Assembly: GCA_963825335.1 (NCBI GenBank)
Contig: CAWGSP010000001.1
Location: forward strand, 282,292-346,291
Direction: 5' to 3'
DNA from: an uncultured Methanobacteriaceae archaeon
Lineage (GTDB): Archaea; Methanobacteriota; Methanobacteria; Methanobacteriales; Methanobacteriaceae
DNA: 64,000 nucleotides
Position numbers and translations under genes: made by a program. The notes beneath the pieces were generated by a model. That model was not told where the DNA came from. It made no database searches and was given only the letters and a program-made list of their open reading frames with translations. How positions within the stretch are numbered: the first letter of the stretch is position 1; each line of letters opens with the position of its first letter. This document shows positions 1 through 10,515 of this stretch, one piece after another.

Positions 1-1020
1 AAGACTTTCCTAACGGCCAAAATGTCAGATCTTCTACCACCTGTTCTAATTCCAAAATTCATAGAATTTGGTGGTAAGGTCATACAGATATACGATAGGG
101 ACTTTCATAAGAAATGTCCTGAACAACCAGAAGATCCTAGGTGGGTTAAAATTCACGCCCCATTCGTGTTAACAGGATCTGAACTCAGTTTAAATAAGCT
201 CGAAACCAACTACAACAATAATAAGGGTGTGTATGAAACATCTCCAATAATCAAGGCTAACGGAGGCATACTCTTAATAGATGATCTTGGACGTCAAAGG
301 GATGATCATGACCTTATTCTAAACCGATTAATAGTTCCGATGGAAAACAAGAAGGATGTGGTTTATGTTAGGGGTATTCCTGTTGTTGTACACAGCAACT
401 TTATACCAGCATTCTCTACCAACCTAGACATCAGTATAATGGACGAAGCGCACCTTAGAAGAGCCCCATTACATCTTTTCCTCAAAAATCCGGATATTAG
501 TGAAGTTAAAGAGGTATTCAAAGCCAATTTAGATAATCTCGCAGAAAAGTACGATGAAAAGATCTTTGAACGATTTGAAAATGTTTACCAAAAATGTACA
601 GACGGTGGAGAAGGTCTACGCCCAACCTTTGCACATGCCAGGGATGTGGCACAGATTTGTCAAGCTGTCCGTATTAACAGTGGGAAAGATTTCATAGATA
701 TCGAAGTACTCGAAGGTTCGCTGAGGAAACACGTCCTGATCACGCTGCAAAGACTGAACATTGATATTGCGGAAATTGCACGAAAAACCCGTTCATTCCG
801 TGTAAAAACATCACAAATTCAGGAAGCACAAACAGCATTGATAGAGTTCGGTGCAACTAAGATTTCTTACGAATCTGATTCTATTATCTTAGATTTGAAT
901 GATAATGTGACTCCTGTACAGCTGGTAGACTATCTACATGATAACAACGTGAAAGTCGACAGAATAGACATGATAGCCGAGTCAGATAAAGAGTTGAGAA
1001 GTTCTATTTTGAACCAATAA
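1..1020 (+). CDS. AAA+-type ATPase-like protein; the 5' end is probably cut by the window edge
   Basis: The frame is open from nt 1, with no stop before the first ATG at 22. It has a Walker-B-like LLIDDLGRQ and a sensor-like FSTN. An oligo-T tract follows the stop. Confidence 0.5.
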   Translation, partial: KTFLTAKMSDLLPPVLIPKFIEFGGKVIQIYDRDFHKKCPEQPEDPRWVKIHAPFVLTGSELSLNKLETNYNNNKGVYETSPIIKANGGILLIDDLGRQRDDHDLILNRLIVPMENKKDVVYVRGIPVVVHSNFIPAFSTNLDISIMDEAHLRRAPLHLFLKNPDISEVKEVFKANLDNLAEKYDEKIFERFENVYQKCTDGGEGLRPTFAHARDVAQICQAVRINSGKDFIDIEVLEGSLRKHVLITLQRLNIDIAEIARKTRSFRVKTSQIQEAQTALIEFGATKISYESDSIILDLNDNVTPVQLVDYLHDNNVKVDRIDMIAESDKELRSSILNQ

Positions 1021-1131
1021 AAAAAATTAATTTTTTTTTTATGGCCAAGGTTTAAATGAATGGCATGATAAAAGATCATATCTGATTAATGAATTAATCA
1101 AAAATTATTCAAAAATTTAAGAAGTGATCAA

Positions 1132-1314
1132 ATGGTAAACTCATTAGTTTTAATATTCTCACACATAATTCCACCAACTTTCGGTATTATCAGCTTATTA
1201 CTCCTGATTACGGGTGTAATGGAAAAACAAAATGTAATCACCGCACTTGGTGTTTGCATGTTTTTTGTTGCTGGACTTTTACCCTTCGTTGTGCTGCCAT
1301 GGTTAGGTATATAA
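1132..1314 (+). CDS. small hydrophobic (two-TM-like) protein
   Basis: 60-aa ORF preceded by AAGTGATC, which is complementary to the archaeal 16S 3' end. The translation is strongly hydrophobic. Confidence 0.35.
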   Translation: MVNSLVLIFSHIIPPTFGIISLLLLITGVMEKQNVITALGVCMFFVAGLLPFVVLPWLGI

Positions 1315-1788
1315 AATACAAACCTCTTTTAAAAGTAGATATGTTTAATATTTTAGAAATATTAACTATTTTATATTAATTTGTGAATGATACAATATGC
1401 CAAGGGTTTAGGAATCGGTTCTAATTAAAAAATTAATTTTTTTAAAGGCTGTCAAATTAATATGGTTTTGGGACATGTGGAAAAAAATTCAAAAACCTTT
1501 AAAATGTATTATAATACCCAGTATAAAATCTTAAAGTCTGACTTTTTATTTTTTTATTCTCCACAATTGTGGAGTCATCAAATAAAGTTTCGAGGACTCT
1601 GTAACATATTCAGATTAAGTATATTTTAATACAGAAGTGAGCTTCCTAAATAAATTAAATGATTTTATTAAGAGATACAGAAATTATGCAGAAGTGATAT
1701 TGGAAAATTTACATTTTTTGGGTTATAAAAAAAAATAAGTGGTTATTGTAATGTTTTGAATAATATCGATAATAAATATTTATATTGA

Positions 1789-2208
1789 TTATTCTATGTA
1801 TTTTTCAATTAACAAATTGTACCCATCGACAGTTATCTGAAAACCTTCTTCAAACACCAACGTAACCCTAAAAACATCTCCTATGTTATCATTATTAAAT
1901 GTATCAAAAAGCATCTCTCCATAATCTAGAAGTCTCTTACCAATTATATTTTCCAAACCCATTTGATTGTTAAAACTGTCACAAACACCAAATTCCAAAT
2001 TATTAGCGGTTATACTTACTTTATATGTATTTTCAATATCTATCTGATCCGTATCCTCAAATGTTAAAATAACCTGTTCTGAAGGACCAGTCTCATCTTT
2101 TGCTTGTTCATAATAAAATCTCTCACAATTAACAAGCTTTTCCCCCCTTGACTTCCATAAATCTCCGTGAAAATCATCTTTTGATTGCTCATCAATCTCT
2201 CCAATCAT
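1789..2208 (-). CDS. acidic hypothetical protein
   Basis: 139-aa ORF with GGAGGTGGA just upstream of the ATG. I recognise no family motif. Confidence 0.5.
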   Translation of the reverse strand: MIGEIDEQSKDDFHGDLWKSRGEKLVNCERFYYEQAKDETGPSEQVILTFEDTDQIDIENTYKVSITANNLEFGVCDSFNNQMGLENIIGKRLLDYGEMLFDTFNNDNIGDVFRVTLVFEEGFQITVDGYNLLIEKYIE

Positions 2209-2309
2209 TTAAATCCACCTCTTTTAATGATCAACGATAATTACTATTAAAATTATTTAAAATTTTTATGGTGATATGTATGTTTACTAAAGAATGAAAC
2301 TCTTTTCAT

Positions 2310-3230
2310 CTATTCATTAAATTTGATTTTATTTAAATTTCCAGCGTATTGAAGTCTTTTGTGTATCATTGACATGTTTCCCTGAAATGCTCCAACTTTT
2401 TCAAGCTTCATGGTTGCAACCATTGAAGCAAATATTCCACAAGTTTCTGGTTCAGATGATTCTATCCTTTTAAATGCATAGGCGGCCATGTATGTATCAC
2501 CAAGACCTGTAGGATCCATAGTTTCCTCGGGCGGAAATGCAGGAATTTCATAAGTATCATGAGTCCTGGCCGAGTAGATCATAGCACCTCTATCTCCACG
2601 GGTAATAATGACTTCTTTTGCACCGAATCGTGAAAGTTCTTCTGCAATGAGATCGAGTTTATGACTTTCTTTCCCTATTAACACCTTAGCCTCTACTTCA
2701 TCGATAAACAGCATTTGGATATTGGGCAAAAATTTGGTAAAATCGTGCCATGGTTTTAAAATAACTTTATGATGATTTAAATGTCTTAGATATCCTTGTG
2801 CACCCATGTATATTGGAACATCAAATGTAGTCAAATATTCAAAAGTCTCAATAGGAATGTCTGAAGGGGAAAGAGGGGATAAAAGGATTGCATCATAACT
2901 TTCAATATCAATGGGAAGATCTTCGGGATTTATTGGGTTCACAGGTACTTCAGCTATCTGTACCCTGTGATTGGGATCATGGTCTGGATAAATATTCTCA
3001 AATTCCATTGTTTTATCAAAATAAATTGGAATAATATTCACATCATCTGGGAATGACTTTAATAATTCTTCATCATCCTTGGAAAGTGTTATCAGTGCAG
3101 TTACATCTATGTTCAGTTTTGATAGTACTGATGCTTGATAAAACACAGCTCCGCCAGTTGTGTGGTAATTTAAACCTTCTCGGATAATTGTGTCACGTGT
3201 TAAAGGTCCTATTATAATGAATTTTGACAT
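2310..3230 (-). CDS. PfkB/ribokinase-family sugar or nucleoside kinase
   Basis: Has an N-terminal GPLTRD..GGAVFY region and a C-terminal DPTGLGDTYMAAYAF motif, both typical of PfkB kinases. Confidence 0.75.
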   Translation of the reverse strand: MSKFIIIGPLTRDTIIREGLNYHTTGGAVFYQASVLSKLNIDVTALITLSKDDEELLKSFPDDVNIIPIYFDKTMEFENIYPDHDPNHRVQIAEVPVNPINPEDLPIDIESYDAILLSPLSPSDIPIETFEYLTTFDVPIYMGAQGYLRHLNHHKVILKPWHDFTKFLPNIQMLFIDEVEAKVLIGKESHKLDLIAEELSRFGAKEVIITRGDRGAMIYSARTHDTYEIPAFPPEETMDPTGLGDTYMAAYAFKRIESSEPETCGIFASMVATMKLEKVGAFQGNMSMIHKRLQYAGNLNKIKFNE

Positions 3231-3290
3231 GATCCACCCTGTATACTAAAAAATTTAGTTGATTTAAATTTAGATATTATTCTGCTAAAA

Positions 3291-3968
3291 TTAAAAATTA
3301 AAACTTCCCTCATGAAGAGCTGTCCCAACTAAAAAATTATGAACACCTAATTTATTCATTTCAATGATATCCTCATCCACTATACCGCCGGCAACGATCA
3401 GCGAAGTTTCAATGTTGTTAAATTGTTTTATTAACTCGGGATCTACACCTCTACCGGTTCCCACCCGTGATATATCCAGTAAAATAACTTGAGATGGTTT
3501 TAGCTCATTGATTTTTTTAATGATATCTTCAAAAGTTGCTGTCAAATGTTTTGAAAATAATTTGTCGTCTTTAATATCTATGCTCAGTACGATATTCTGT
3601 TTAGAGAATTCCATAAATATCTGGTCGAGATCATCGAGAGTTTTCAGAGTTTCAGTCGCTATTATAATCTTGTCTGCCGCATTCATTACGCCATGAATGT
3701 CTTCAACATCTTTAATCCCTGAATCTAACATCACAGAAATTATACCGTTCATTTTAGAGACTAATTTACAGTTGGAACCCATTTCATCTATGGCATCAAG
3801 GTCAGCAACATATAAACATTTAAATCCAGCATCTTTAATACCCGTTGCAATTGCAACCGGGTCCGAAGATTCGTGAAATATGGTTTTAAGGGGTTTGTAT
3901 GTATCTCTTTTTCCTGACTTGCCAGAAACAGCAATACCATTTTTCAAATCGAGAACCGGTATGATCAT
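3291..3968 (-). CDS. HisA/HisF-family (beta/alpha)8 barrel protein; a paralogue outside the histidine operon
   Basis: Has MIIPVLDLKNG at the N-terminus and VAGGI/GTALH phosphate-binding motifs near the C-terminus. Confidence 0.7.
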   Translation of the reverse strand: MIIPVLDLKNGIAVSGKSGKRDTYKPLKTIFHESSDPVAIATGIKDAGFKCLYVADLDAIDEMGSNCKLVSKMNGIISVMLDSGIKDVEDIHGVMNAADKIIIATETLKTLDDLDQIFMEFSKQNIVLSIDIKDDKLFSKHLTATFEDIIKKINELKPSQVILLDISRVGTGRGVDPELIKQFNNIETSLIVAGGIVDEDIIEMNKLGVHNFLVGTALHEGSFNF

Positions 3969-4013
3969 GACTATGCTTCCTTATGAAAAAATAAATAAAA
4001 AAATAAAAAATTC

Positions 4014-4277
4014 TTAATTATCAGATAGGTAATTATCTATTTCTTTTATTGCATGATCTGCAGCTTCAGCTGCAATATCATTCTCATGTTTGGACAGGGG
4101 ATCAAATTGGATGTCAACATCCACATCAACATCCAGTCCTTCATGATAATCAAGTTCAACCTTGATATCCAAATTAACAATCTCTTTTTTGGAGACTTTT
4201 GAGTAAATGAAATTCTCAGCAGCTTTAACTGCTATTTCTGAGATATCATCCAATTCTTCATCAGAAAGTTTTCTCAA
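4014..4277 (-). CDS. small acidic conserved archaeal protein (DUF3194-like)
   Basis: 87-aa ORF that overlaps the prefoldin beta stop by 4 nt. Its position in the superoperon is conserved in Methanobacteriales, from memory. Confidence 0.5.
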   Translation of the reverse strand: MRKLSDEELDDISEIAVKAAENFIYSKVSKKEIVNLDIKVELDYHEGLDVDVDVDIQFDPLSKHENDIAAEAADHAIKEIDNYLSDN

Positions 4278-4639
4278 TTACCTAACCCCGGGGATTGTCC
4301 TGATCCCTGCATTGCTTCTTGTAACGTTTGTTGCATTTCTTGTAATTTTGCCATTATACGTTCTTCTTGCCGGTTAACTGTTCTCACACGAAGTTTGAGT
4401 GTTTCAATCTTATCTTCAAGTTCTAATGTTACATCGTCTTTTTCAACTTTTATGAGAAGATTTCCTGCAGTTTTATAAACATCTGCATCACTCTCGACCT
4501 TTTTAAGTTCTTCGAGTGCCTTTTCAGTTTCTTTTAGTTGCATATCAACGTTCTGCTTTTGCATTGTAATTGCCTGAGCCTGTTGTTGTGCCTGCTGGAA
4601 TTGAGCAATTTGGTTCTGAATATTTTTAGGAAGTTCCAT
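4274..4639 (-). CDS. pfdB: prefoldin beta subunit
   Basis: Coiled-coil sequence NIQNQIAQFQQAQQQAQ...LQEMQQTLQEA with a central beta-hairpin region. The size is typical. Confidence 0.85.
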   Translation of the reverse strand: MELPKNIQNQIAQFQQAQQQAQAITMQKQNVDMQLKETEKALEELKKVESDADVYKTAGNLLIKVEKDDVTLELEDKIETLKLRVRTVNRQEERIMAKLQEMQQTLQEAMQGSGQSPGLGN

Positions 4640-4738
4640 TTATATCACCTCAATAAACCTTAATAATAGGTTCATCTATTTTTTTTATAATTTCTGTATC
4701 GATACTAATGATCCAAGTTCATGTTCTAAATTTAAAAC

Positions 4739-5032
4739 TTATCCCTTAAGGTTGATTATCTCATTTGAGAGTTTTATCCATCTTAAGTATGAGTTTAGTG
4801 ATGCACGAAATGATGGTGCGTCTTGAGCATTCATCATGATCTTCAAAGTTTTTCCCGAAATATTAATATCCATAGATGTTCTATCGGATGGAGAACCATT
4901 TATTTCGGGTTGAATAGACTTTAAAACAATTATGGCCTTTTCTTGTGTATCAAATTCTATGTTGAATTCTGCTTTTATACTTTGAAGAAAGTTAGAACCG
5001 GTGTTAGAATGTTCCAATTTTACTGACTCCAA
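4739..5032 (-). CDS. pcc1: KEOPS complex subunit Pcc1
   Basis: About 97 aa with a C-terminal FRASLNSYLRWIKL motif. It sits between Brix and prefoldin. Confidence 0.7.
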   Translation of the reverse strand: MESVKLEHSNTGSNFLQSIKAEFNIEFDTQEKAIIVLKSIQPEINGSPSDRTSMDINISGKTLKIMMNAQDAPSFRASLNSYLRWIKLSNEIINLKG

Positions 5033-5514
5033 TTTTTGATGAACAGTTTAGGGCCTGTGATAATACCATTACTGCCATAAAATTCTATGATAGCTCTGTT
5101 CTTGTCATCTCCTTCTTTTATTACAAGAAGATTTTCATTTGCAGAACCCTCTTTGAACTTGGGTATGCCCATTATATTCCCCAGTTCATTGAGTTCTTCA
5201 ACTTCAGATTGAATACAAAGATTTTCTGTTTTGACTCTGCTTTTTGAATCAGCATTAGAATTTGGGATGCCAACAGTTAGTTCCAGTGATAATACTAATT
5301 CCCCGGTTACATTGTAGAAGTCCATTCTACTAGGATTTCCCTTCTCTTCGGATACTAATGCTATCTTATCGAAGCCAAGCTCTGAAGATTTCAATTGAAC
5401 GTCCCGAATGCTCATTTTACCCCTGTTAATGTAACTTGAGTAAAAAACCCTTACAAGACTTTTACAGAATGATCTTGTTCTTTGAGAAGGCTTTCTGGAC
5501 GTTGTTATCAACAT
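5020..5514 (-). CDS. Brix/Imp4-domain ribosome biogenesis protein
   Basis: MLITTSRKPSQRTRSF N-terminus. I place the start at the ATG at 5514; the ORF-track start at 5526 is a TTG. Confidence 0.8.
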   Translation of the reverse strand: MLITTSRKPSQRTRSFCKSLVRVFYSSYINRGKMSIRDVQLKSSELGFDKIALVSEEKGNPSRMDFYNVTGELVLSLELTVGIPNSNADSKSRVKTENLCIQSEVEELNELGNIMGIPKFKEGSANENLLVIKEGDDKNRAIIEFYGSNGIITGPKLFIKNWSQ

Positions 5515-5527
5515 GTTAAAGCCCAAT

Positions 5528-5659
5528 TTATCTTGCTTTAATATTTCTCATCACAGGAGGTATTTCCTTAAAAAGGATCCTGTATCTGCAACTTGGACAT
5601 TTAGATTCAGTATAACCCTTAATATCAACGAGAGTACCACATTTTCCGCATTTATACAA
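5528..5659 (-). CDS. rpoP: DNA-directed RNA polymerase subunit P (Rpo12)
   Basis: Only the last 43 codons of the 98-aa ORF are credible. A TTG start at 5659 lies 1 nt after the L37ae stop and follows GGAGG. The zinc ribbon is CGKCG...CPSCRYRI. Confidence 0.8.
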   Translation of the reverse strand: MYKCGKCGTLVDIKGYTESKCPSCRYRILFKEIPPVMRNIKAR

Positions 5660-5660
5660 T

Positions 5661-5930
5661 TTATAAACCTCCGACAATCCTCTTAATATTTCTTGCAGCT
5701 GTCTTACCCATAGGGGTTGTTGGCAAGTATGCTCCACCAGTGAATACATTTCCACATTTTCTGCATTTCCATATTCCTGCTGAAACCCTGCGTACTGCTG
5801 GCCTGTCACATTGAGGACACACATGATCTCTTTTCATGTTTTCTTCTATTGACTTTACTGTTCTTTTGGCTTTTCTACCGTATCTTGCGCCAAATCTACC
5901 TGTTATACCTACTTTCTTCGTTCTTGCCAT
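5661..5930 (-). CDS. rpl37ae: 50S ribosomal protein L37Ae
   Basis: [18 protein letters not shown] plus a CPQC...CRKC zinc ribbon. The ATG at 5930 is preceded by AGGTGA. Confidence 0.95.
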   Translation of the reverse strand: MARTKKVGITGRFGARYGRKAKRTVKSIEENMKRDHVCPQCDRPAVRRVSAGIWKCRKCGNVFTGGAYLPTTPMGKTAARNIKRIVGGL

Positions 5931-6054
5931 AATATTCACCTAGATTATATTAATTATTTAACTTTTAGAAATTTATAATAACATTTCTCTAATAAATTTT
6001 TTATTTGAATGTAGTTGGATCACTAAATTTGCATATCAAATGTTATAAATGCAT

Positions 6055-6858
6055 CTATGGAAGATGTGTTCGGAGTTCTGCAGTTTTATCTTTTGCAATA
6101 GAAACTGCCTTCAAAATTTCTTCTCTTTTTAATGGTTCTGGCCCACTCTTTTGCATTGCACATATACTGCCATCTTCTATCATTCCAATTGATATACGGG
6201 TTTCCATTATTTCCTCTTCCTCTAGGGAAGGATCTATGATGAGTTCACCGCCTATCTTTGCAAATGTGCACATCAATGCTTTATGATTGATCGGTAATGG
6301 GATCATGTTGTCGTAGTCCATTATGATTTCATTGTCTTCAACTGTTACTGTTGGGAGTTTAGTGTTCATTAATGCTGCAACACAGCCAAGAACCGCTGCA
6401 TCCATTAAGTTACCATCGTAGTCGAGTACATGTAAATCAAGGAATATCATCCACACCTTCTCACCCGCTGTTATGCAGAGGTTTTCGAGGTCAACAACTT
6501 TCCCTTCACGTATACACCTGTCAGTAACCCTTGAAAGCTCGACAGAATTTTCGTCTGGTGGTCCTGATTCAAAATTTGGAGCAGCCATTGGAAGTAATTC
6601 TGTGTTGGTCATGAGAACACCTATGTTTGGGGTGTCGGCAAAGGGAGTACCAATTTGAGGTTTTACCCCTATCATTATCTGAGTGTTTCCTATTTTCACC
6701 CGGGCAGATCCTTCTGCCTTCTCAATTATACCAGTTTCAAGGGAAATTTCTCGGTAATCATCAAAAGCTCTCCCATCTGTTCTTTTTCCTGCTTCTACCA
6801 GGTTAATTACGCTTTCTTTTATGATTTCAGGAACTATATGAACCATATTAATCACCAT
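6055..6858 (-). CDS. rrp42: exosome complex component Rrp42 (RNase PH-like, inactive subunit)
   Basis: [18 protein letters not shown] RNase PH fold. It follows rrp41. The start is either the ATG at 6858 or the ATG at 6846. Confidence 0.9.
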   Translation of the reverse strand: MVINMVHIVPEIIKESVINLVEAGKRTDGRAFDDYREISLETGIIEKAEGSARVKIGNTQIMIGVKPQIGTPFADTPNIGVLMTNTELLPMAAPNFESGPPDENSVELSRVTDRCIREGKVVDLENLCITAGEKVWMIFLDLHVLDYDGNLMDAAVLGCVAALMNTKLPTVTVEDNEIIMDYDNMIPLPINHKALMCTFAKIGGELIIDPSLEEEEIMETRISIGMIEDGSICAMQKSGPEPLKREEILKAVSIAKDKTAELRTHLP

Positions 6859-7573
6859 ACCTGTTTTTTATGGCTTGTTTCTGCACTTCACTTATTTCCT
6901 TACATCCGCCAATTGCAAGATCCAGTGCTTTCTCAAATTCTTCTGCTGTTAAGTGTCCATCCATCTGGAGAAGTGTTATATCTCCACTCCTAGGCATCAT
7001 AGCTATTGGTAGATCTGCCTCTCCCTCTTTATCTTCTACTTCTGAAAGGTCTAAGATAACCTTTCCGTTGGATTTTCCTGCGGCACATGCTACAACCATG
7101 TCTTTCATTGGTATGCCTGCATCTGCAAGGGCAACTGAAGCTGCAGTTATACCTGCACATCTTGTTCCGCCTTCGGCTTCAAGAACTTCGATATAGACAT
7201 CAATTGTTGAACGTGGAAACTTTTCTAGGAAAACAGCAGGTGTGAGAGCATCCGATGTTAACTTGGAAATCTCAACAAATCTACAATCTGGTCCTGGTCT
7301 TTTTCTATCATCAACAGAAAATGGGGCCATGTTATATTTACATCTTAAAACAGCCCTATTAGGTTGCATTAAACGCCTGACAAAGAGTTCTCTTGGACCA
7401 TAAACTGCAGCAAGCACTTTATTACCGCCAATTTCAAGATAAGCTGATCCATCTGCTCTCTCAAGCACTCCTGCCTCTATCTTAAAATTTCTTAATTCAT
7501 CAAAAGACCTTTTATCAGCTCGTTCACTGGTTTCTGTACCAGAGTTTAGATTACTATTAACTATAATGATAAT
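6848..7573 (-). CDS. rrp41: exosome complex exonuclease Rrp41; the start codon is unresolved
   Basis: [23 protein letters not shown] and the rest of the RNase PH core are present. The conserved [18 protein letters not shown] is encoded in frame upstream of the first canonical start (GTG at 7468). The frame is open back to the TAA at 7582-7580. Confidence 0.85.
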   Translation of the reverse strand: MIIIVNSNLNSGTETSERADKRSFDELRNFKIEAGVLERADGSAYLEIGGNKVLAAVYGPRELFVRRLMQPNRAVLRCKYNMAPFSVDDRKRPGPDCRFVEISKLTSDALTPAVFLEKFPRSTIDVYIEVLEAEGGTRCAGITAASVALADAGIPMKDMVVACAAGKSNGKVILDLSEVEDKEGEADLPIAMMPRSGDITLLQMDGHLTAEEFEKALDLAIGGCKEISEVQKQAIKNRYGD

Positions 7574-8400
7574 CCCCCCTTATTACTGGATTCATTTTCA
7601 TCATTTTCACATTCATCGTATTCCTCAGACTCCTCAGACTCCTCAGACTCCTCAGACTCCTCAGACTCCTCAGACTCCTCAGACTCCTCAGACTCCTCAG
7701 ACTCCTCAGACTCCTCAGACTCAACAGGTGTGTGTCCTAGCAGGGCTGCAAGCATATCTCGTACCCTATCTGTCAATCCAGATGTGTGAGCTTGCTCTTC
7801 TATCATATTGATAACCTTTTCAGCAACCCTTTCCATTGATGGTTCCCCTTTAACCCATACAACGCCATTTTGTCCTACAATGACTTCACAATGAGTTTCA
7901 TCTTTGATCATGTTGATCATGGATCCCTTCTTACCGATGAGCCTTGGGACTTTTGTTGGAGTAATGTTTATGAGTATTCCTCCCCTAAACTTCCCCAATC
8001 CTCTTCCTTTGAGGCCGAGTTTTACCTTTTTAACCTCGTCCACATCTACAACCCTTAAAAATAGAACATCACCAACATCAAATGTTCTATTGAGTTCTCT
8101 TTTTTCTTTCCCAAAAACATCCGAAGCAGGTAAGAATCCGGAGTATGGAGAGTTTATCTCGAGGTTCCACATTGAAAATCTTATATCCGTGACTTCACCT
8201 ATAACCACATCCCCTCTTTTCGGAATATATTTACTCTGTAAGGGTATCACACTAATTTTCTTGTCTCTTATGGCTACAAGGCCTACAAGGGATGAACAAA
8301 TATTATTATTTTCCCTGAAAGTACCTCTTCCAGAATGATATTCCTCATCTGCAAGAACATCCCCCGGAATTACAATTTCTTTATCCTCTACAAATATCAC
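7561..8400 (-). CDS. rrp4: exosome RNA-binding subunit Rrp4 (S1 + KH) with a repetitive acidic C-terminal tail
   Basis: GTG start after AGGAGG. It has an S1 domain (GDVVIGEV) and a KH motif ([11 protein letters not shown]), followed by the (SEE)n tail. Confidence 0.9.
   Translation of the reverse strand: MIFVEDKEIVIPGDVLADEEYHSGRGTFRENNNICSSLVGLVAIRDKKISVIPLQSKYIPKRGDVVIGEVTDIRFSMWNLEINSPYSGFLPASDVFGKEKRELNRTFDVGDVLFLRVVDVDEVKKVKLGLKGRGLGKFRGGILINITPTKVPRLIGKKGSMINMIKDETHCEVIVGQNGVVWVKGEPSMERVAEKVINMIEEQAHTSGLTDRVRDMLAALLGHTPVESEESEESEESEESEESEESEESEESEESEESEEYDECENDENESSNKGGLSL
7622..7720 (-). repeat. perfect tandem repeat of 9 bp (tcctcagac on the + strand), 11 copies, within the rrp4 coding sequence
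   Basis: Counted directly in the sequence: 99 nt with no mismatch. It encodes SEE repeats on the minus strand. Confidence 0.95.
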
Positions 8401-8452
8401 ATTCTGCCTCCTTTATTGGAATGCCAAAAAAAATGAACGTTAGTATTAATAA

Positions 8453-9145
8453 TTAGAGTAACTTCGTTTCCACTTGACCCCTTGTTAATTCATTGAGCTT
8501 TTGGTAAAAATTTTCCTGCATGCCTCCAGGTATCTCAACAACTGCCACCCAAGACCCATCTTGTTGCCATTCTTCCTTCTTGGTCTTTCCAAACTCGGGT
8601 ATTGCACTGTAAACCTTTCCTGAAAAATCTCCAGGCACCCTTATAGCTACCCTGACCTTTTCGAACCTGATTGGTATTTTAGTTCTGATGGCTTTTAAGG
8701 TAGTGTTGACTTGTTCATCAACACTTTTAAATGGATCAATTCGAACTTTAGCTTCTTCCATGGCTATTTCAATTCGTCGTGCAGGATGTGGGAGTTTAGT
8801 TTGTGGATTTATAGCTTCCCTTGTAATGGTTGCGATCACCTTTAAACGTTTTTCTTCCAGCATATCTTTTCTTTGCTGGGCTGTCAGCTGTATCTGTCCC
8901 TTTTTTAAGATGATAGCCGCAACTTCTAGAGTATTAACTGTGTCAAAAGCTTTTGTCATAGCTTCTTCAGATGCTTTATCACCCTTTTTCGCATCTTTGA
9001 ATATCTCTTCAACAACGAGAATATTTTCTAAATTTATATCCTTACCATGTTTAAAATCCGATGCTAGGTCGGGGTCCACCAGTATTTCGAAGTGTTCTCC
9101 GAAATATTCCAAACGTGCAGTAACTGCTTCTTCAAGGGTTACCAT
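8453..9145 (-). CDS. sdo1: ribosome maturation protein SDO1/SBDS
   Basis: Has an [11 protein letters not shown]-terminal FYSH-domain signature. It abuts the psmA stop. Confidence 0.85.
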   Translation of the reverse strand: MVTLEEAVTARLEYFGEHFEILVDPDLASDFKHGKDINLENILVVEEIFKDAKKGDKASEEAMTKAFDTVNTLEVAAIILKKGQIQLTAQQRKDMLEEKRLKVIATITREAINPQTKLPHPARRIEIAMEEAKVRIDPFKSVDEQVNTTLKAIRTKIPIRFEKVRVAIRVPGDFSGKVYSAIPEFGKTKKEEWQQDGSWVAVVEIPGGMQENFYQKLNELTRGQVETKLL

Positions 9146-9895
<750 letters not shown>

Positions 9896-10003
9896 ACATA
9901 TACCTCTCTAAAAGTTTTTCATAAAGTAATGAATTTATAATATAAAATAATTATCAACTTGAAATAATTTAAACTTGTTTATAAACTATTATTCATCTTA
10001 TTT

Positions 10004-10393
10004 TTATAGTTTAATAAAGTTTTTTATTGCCGATTTTATGGTACCCGAAATTCCGAGTGTGTGAAAAATAACTGGTTTTCCCCTGAAACTCGTTACCATG
10101 GGTAAAATCGACACAACTGTATCAATTTCTTCTCGTCTGCAGCGCAGTATTCCCTTCATTAAATGTTCATCCATTGATCCTGTGACATTTTCACCAGCAA
10201 AAGAATTACAATGCCATAACCTAACTATCCATAGATCGAAACTCCCTGTACCGCATGCACCATAGAGACCATTAGAAGCATCTAATAAAATGGATATTAT
10301 TTCATCACGCCCCAGTTCCCTCTGAAACATTGCTTCAAAGGCAATGTATCGCTTTTTATCCCTGAGGGTTGGTGGTAGTATCTTCAGCTTCAT
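10004..10393 (-). CDS. rnp2: RNase P protein component 2 (Pop5/Rpp14)
   Basis: KILPPTLRDKKRYIAFE N-terminus. Typical size and context. Confidence 0.85.
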   Translation of the reverse strand: MKLKILPPTLRDKKRYIAFEAMFQRELGRDEIISILLDASNGLYGACGTGSFDLWIVRLWHCNSFAGENVTGSMDEHLMKGILRCRREEIDTVVSILPMVTSFRGKPVIFHTLGISGTIKSAIKNFIKL

Positions 10394-10515
10394 CCAATAT
10401 CTTCCTTAGATTTTTTATTTCTATGCGGGTTGATTCATGAAAAGACTAAATAATAAATCCTTTTTTTTTGAATTCAAAATCATCTATTCTAGTTATGATC
10501 ATGATAAAAATTTTA

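Noticed and set aside
5660-5824. Upstream part of the 98-aa ORF that contains rpoP
   Set aside because: It overlaps rpl37ae out of frame. Only the last 43 codons, starting at the TTG at 5659 after GGAGG, look like RpoP.
7566-7811. 81-aa + strand ORF encoding (PQT)n repeats
   Set aside because: It is the antisense reading of the rrp4 9-bp repeat. It has no ribosome-binding site and lies wholly inside a well-supported gene.
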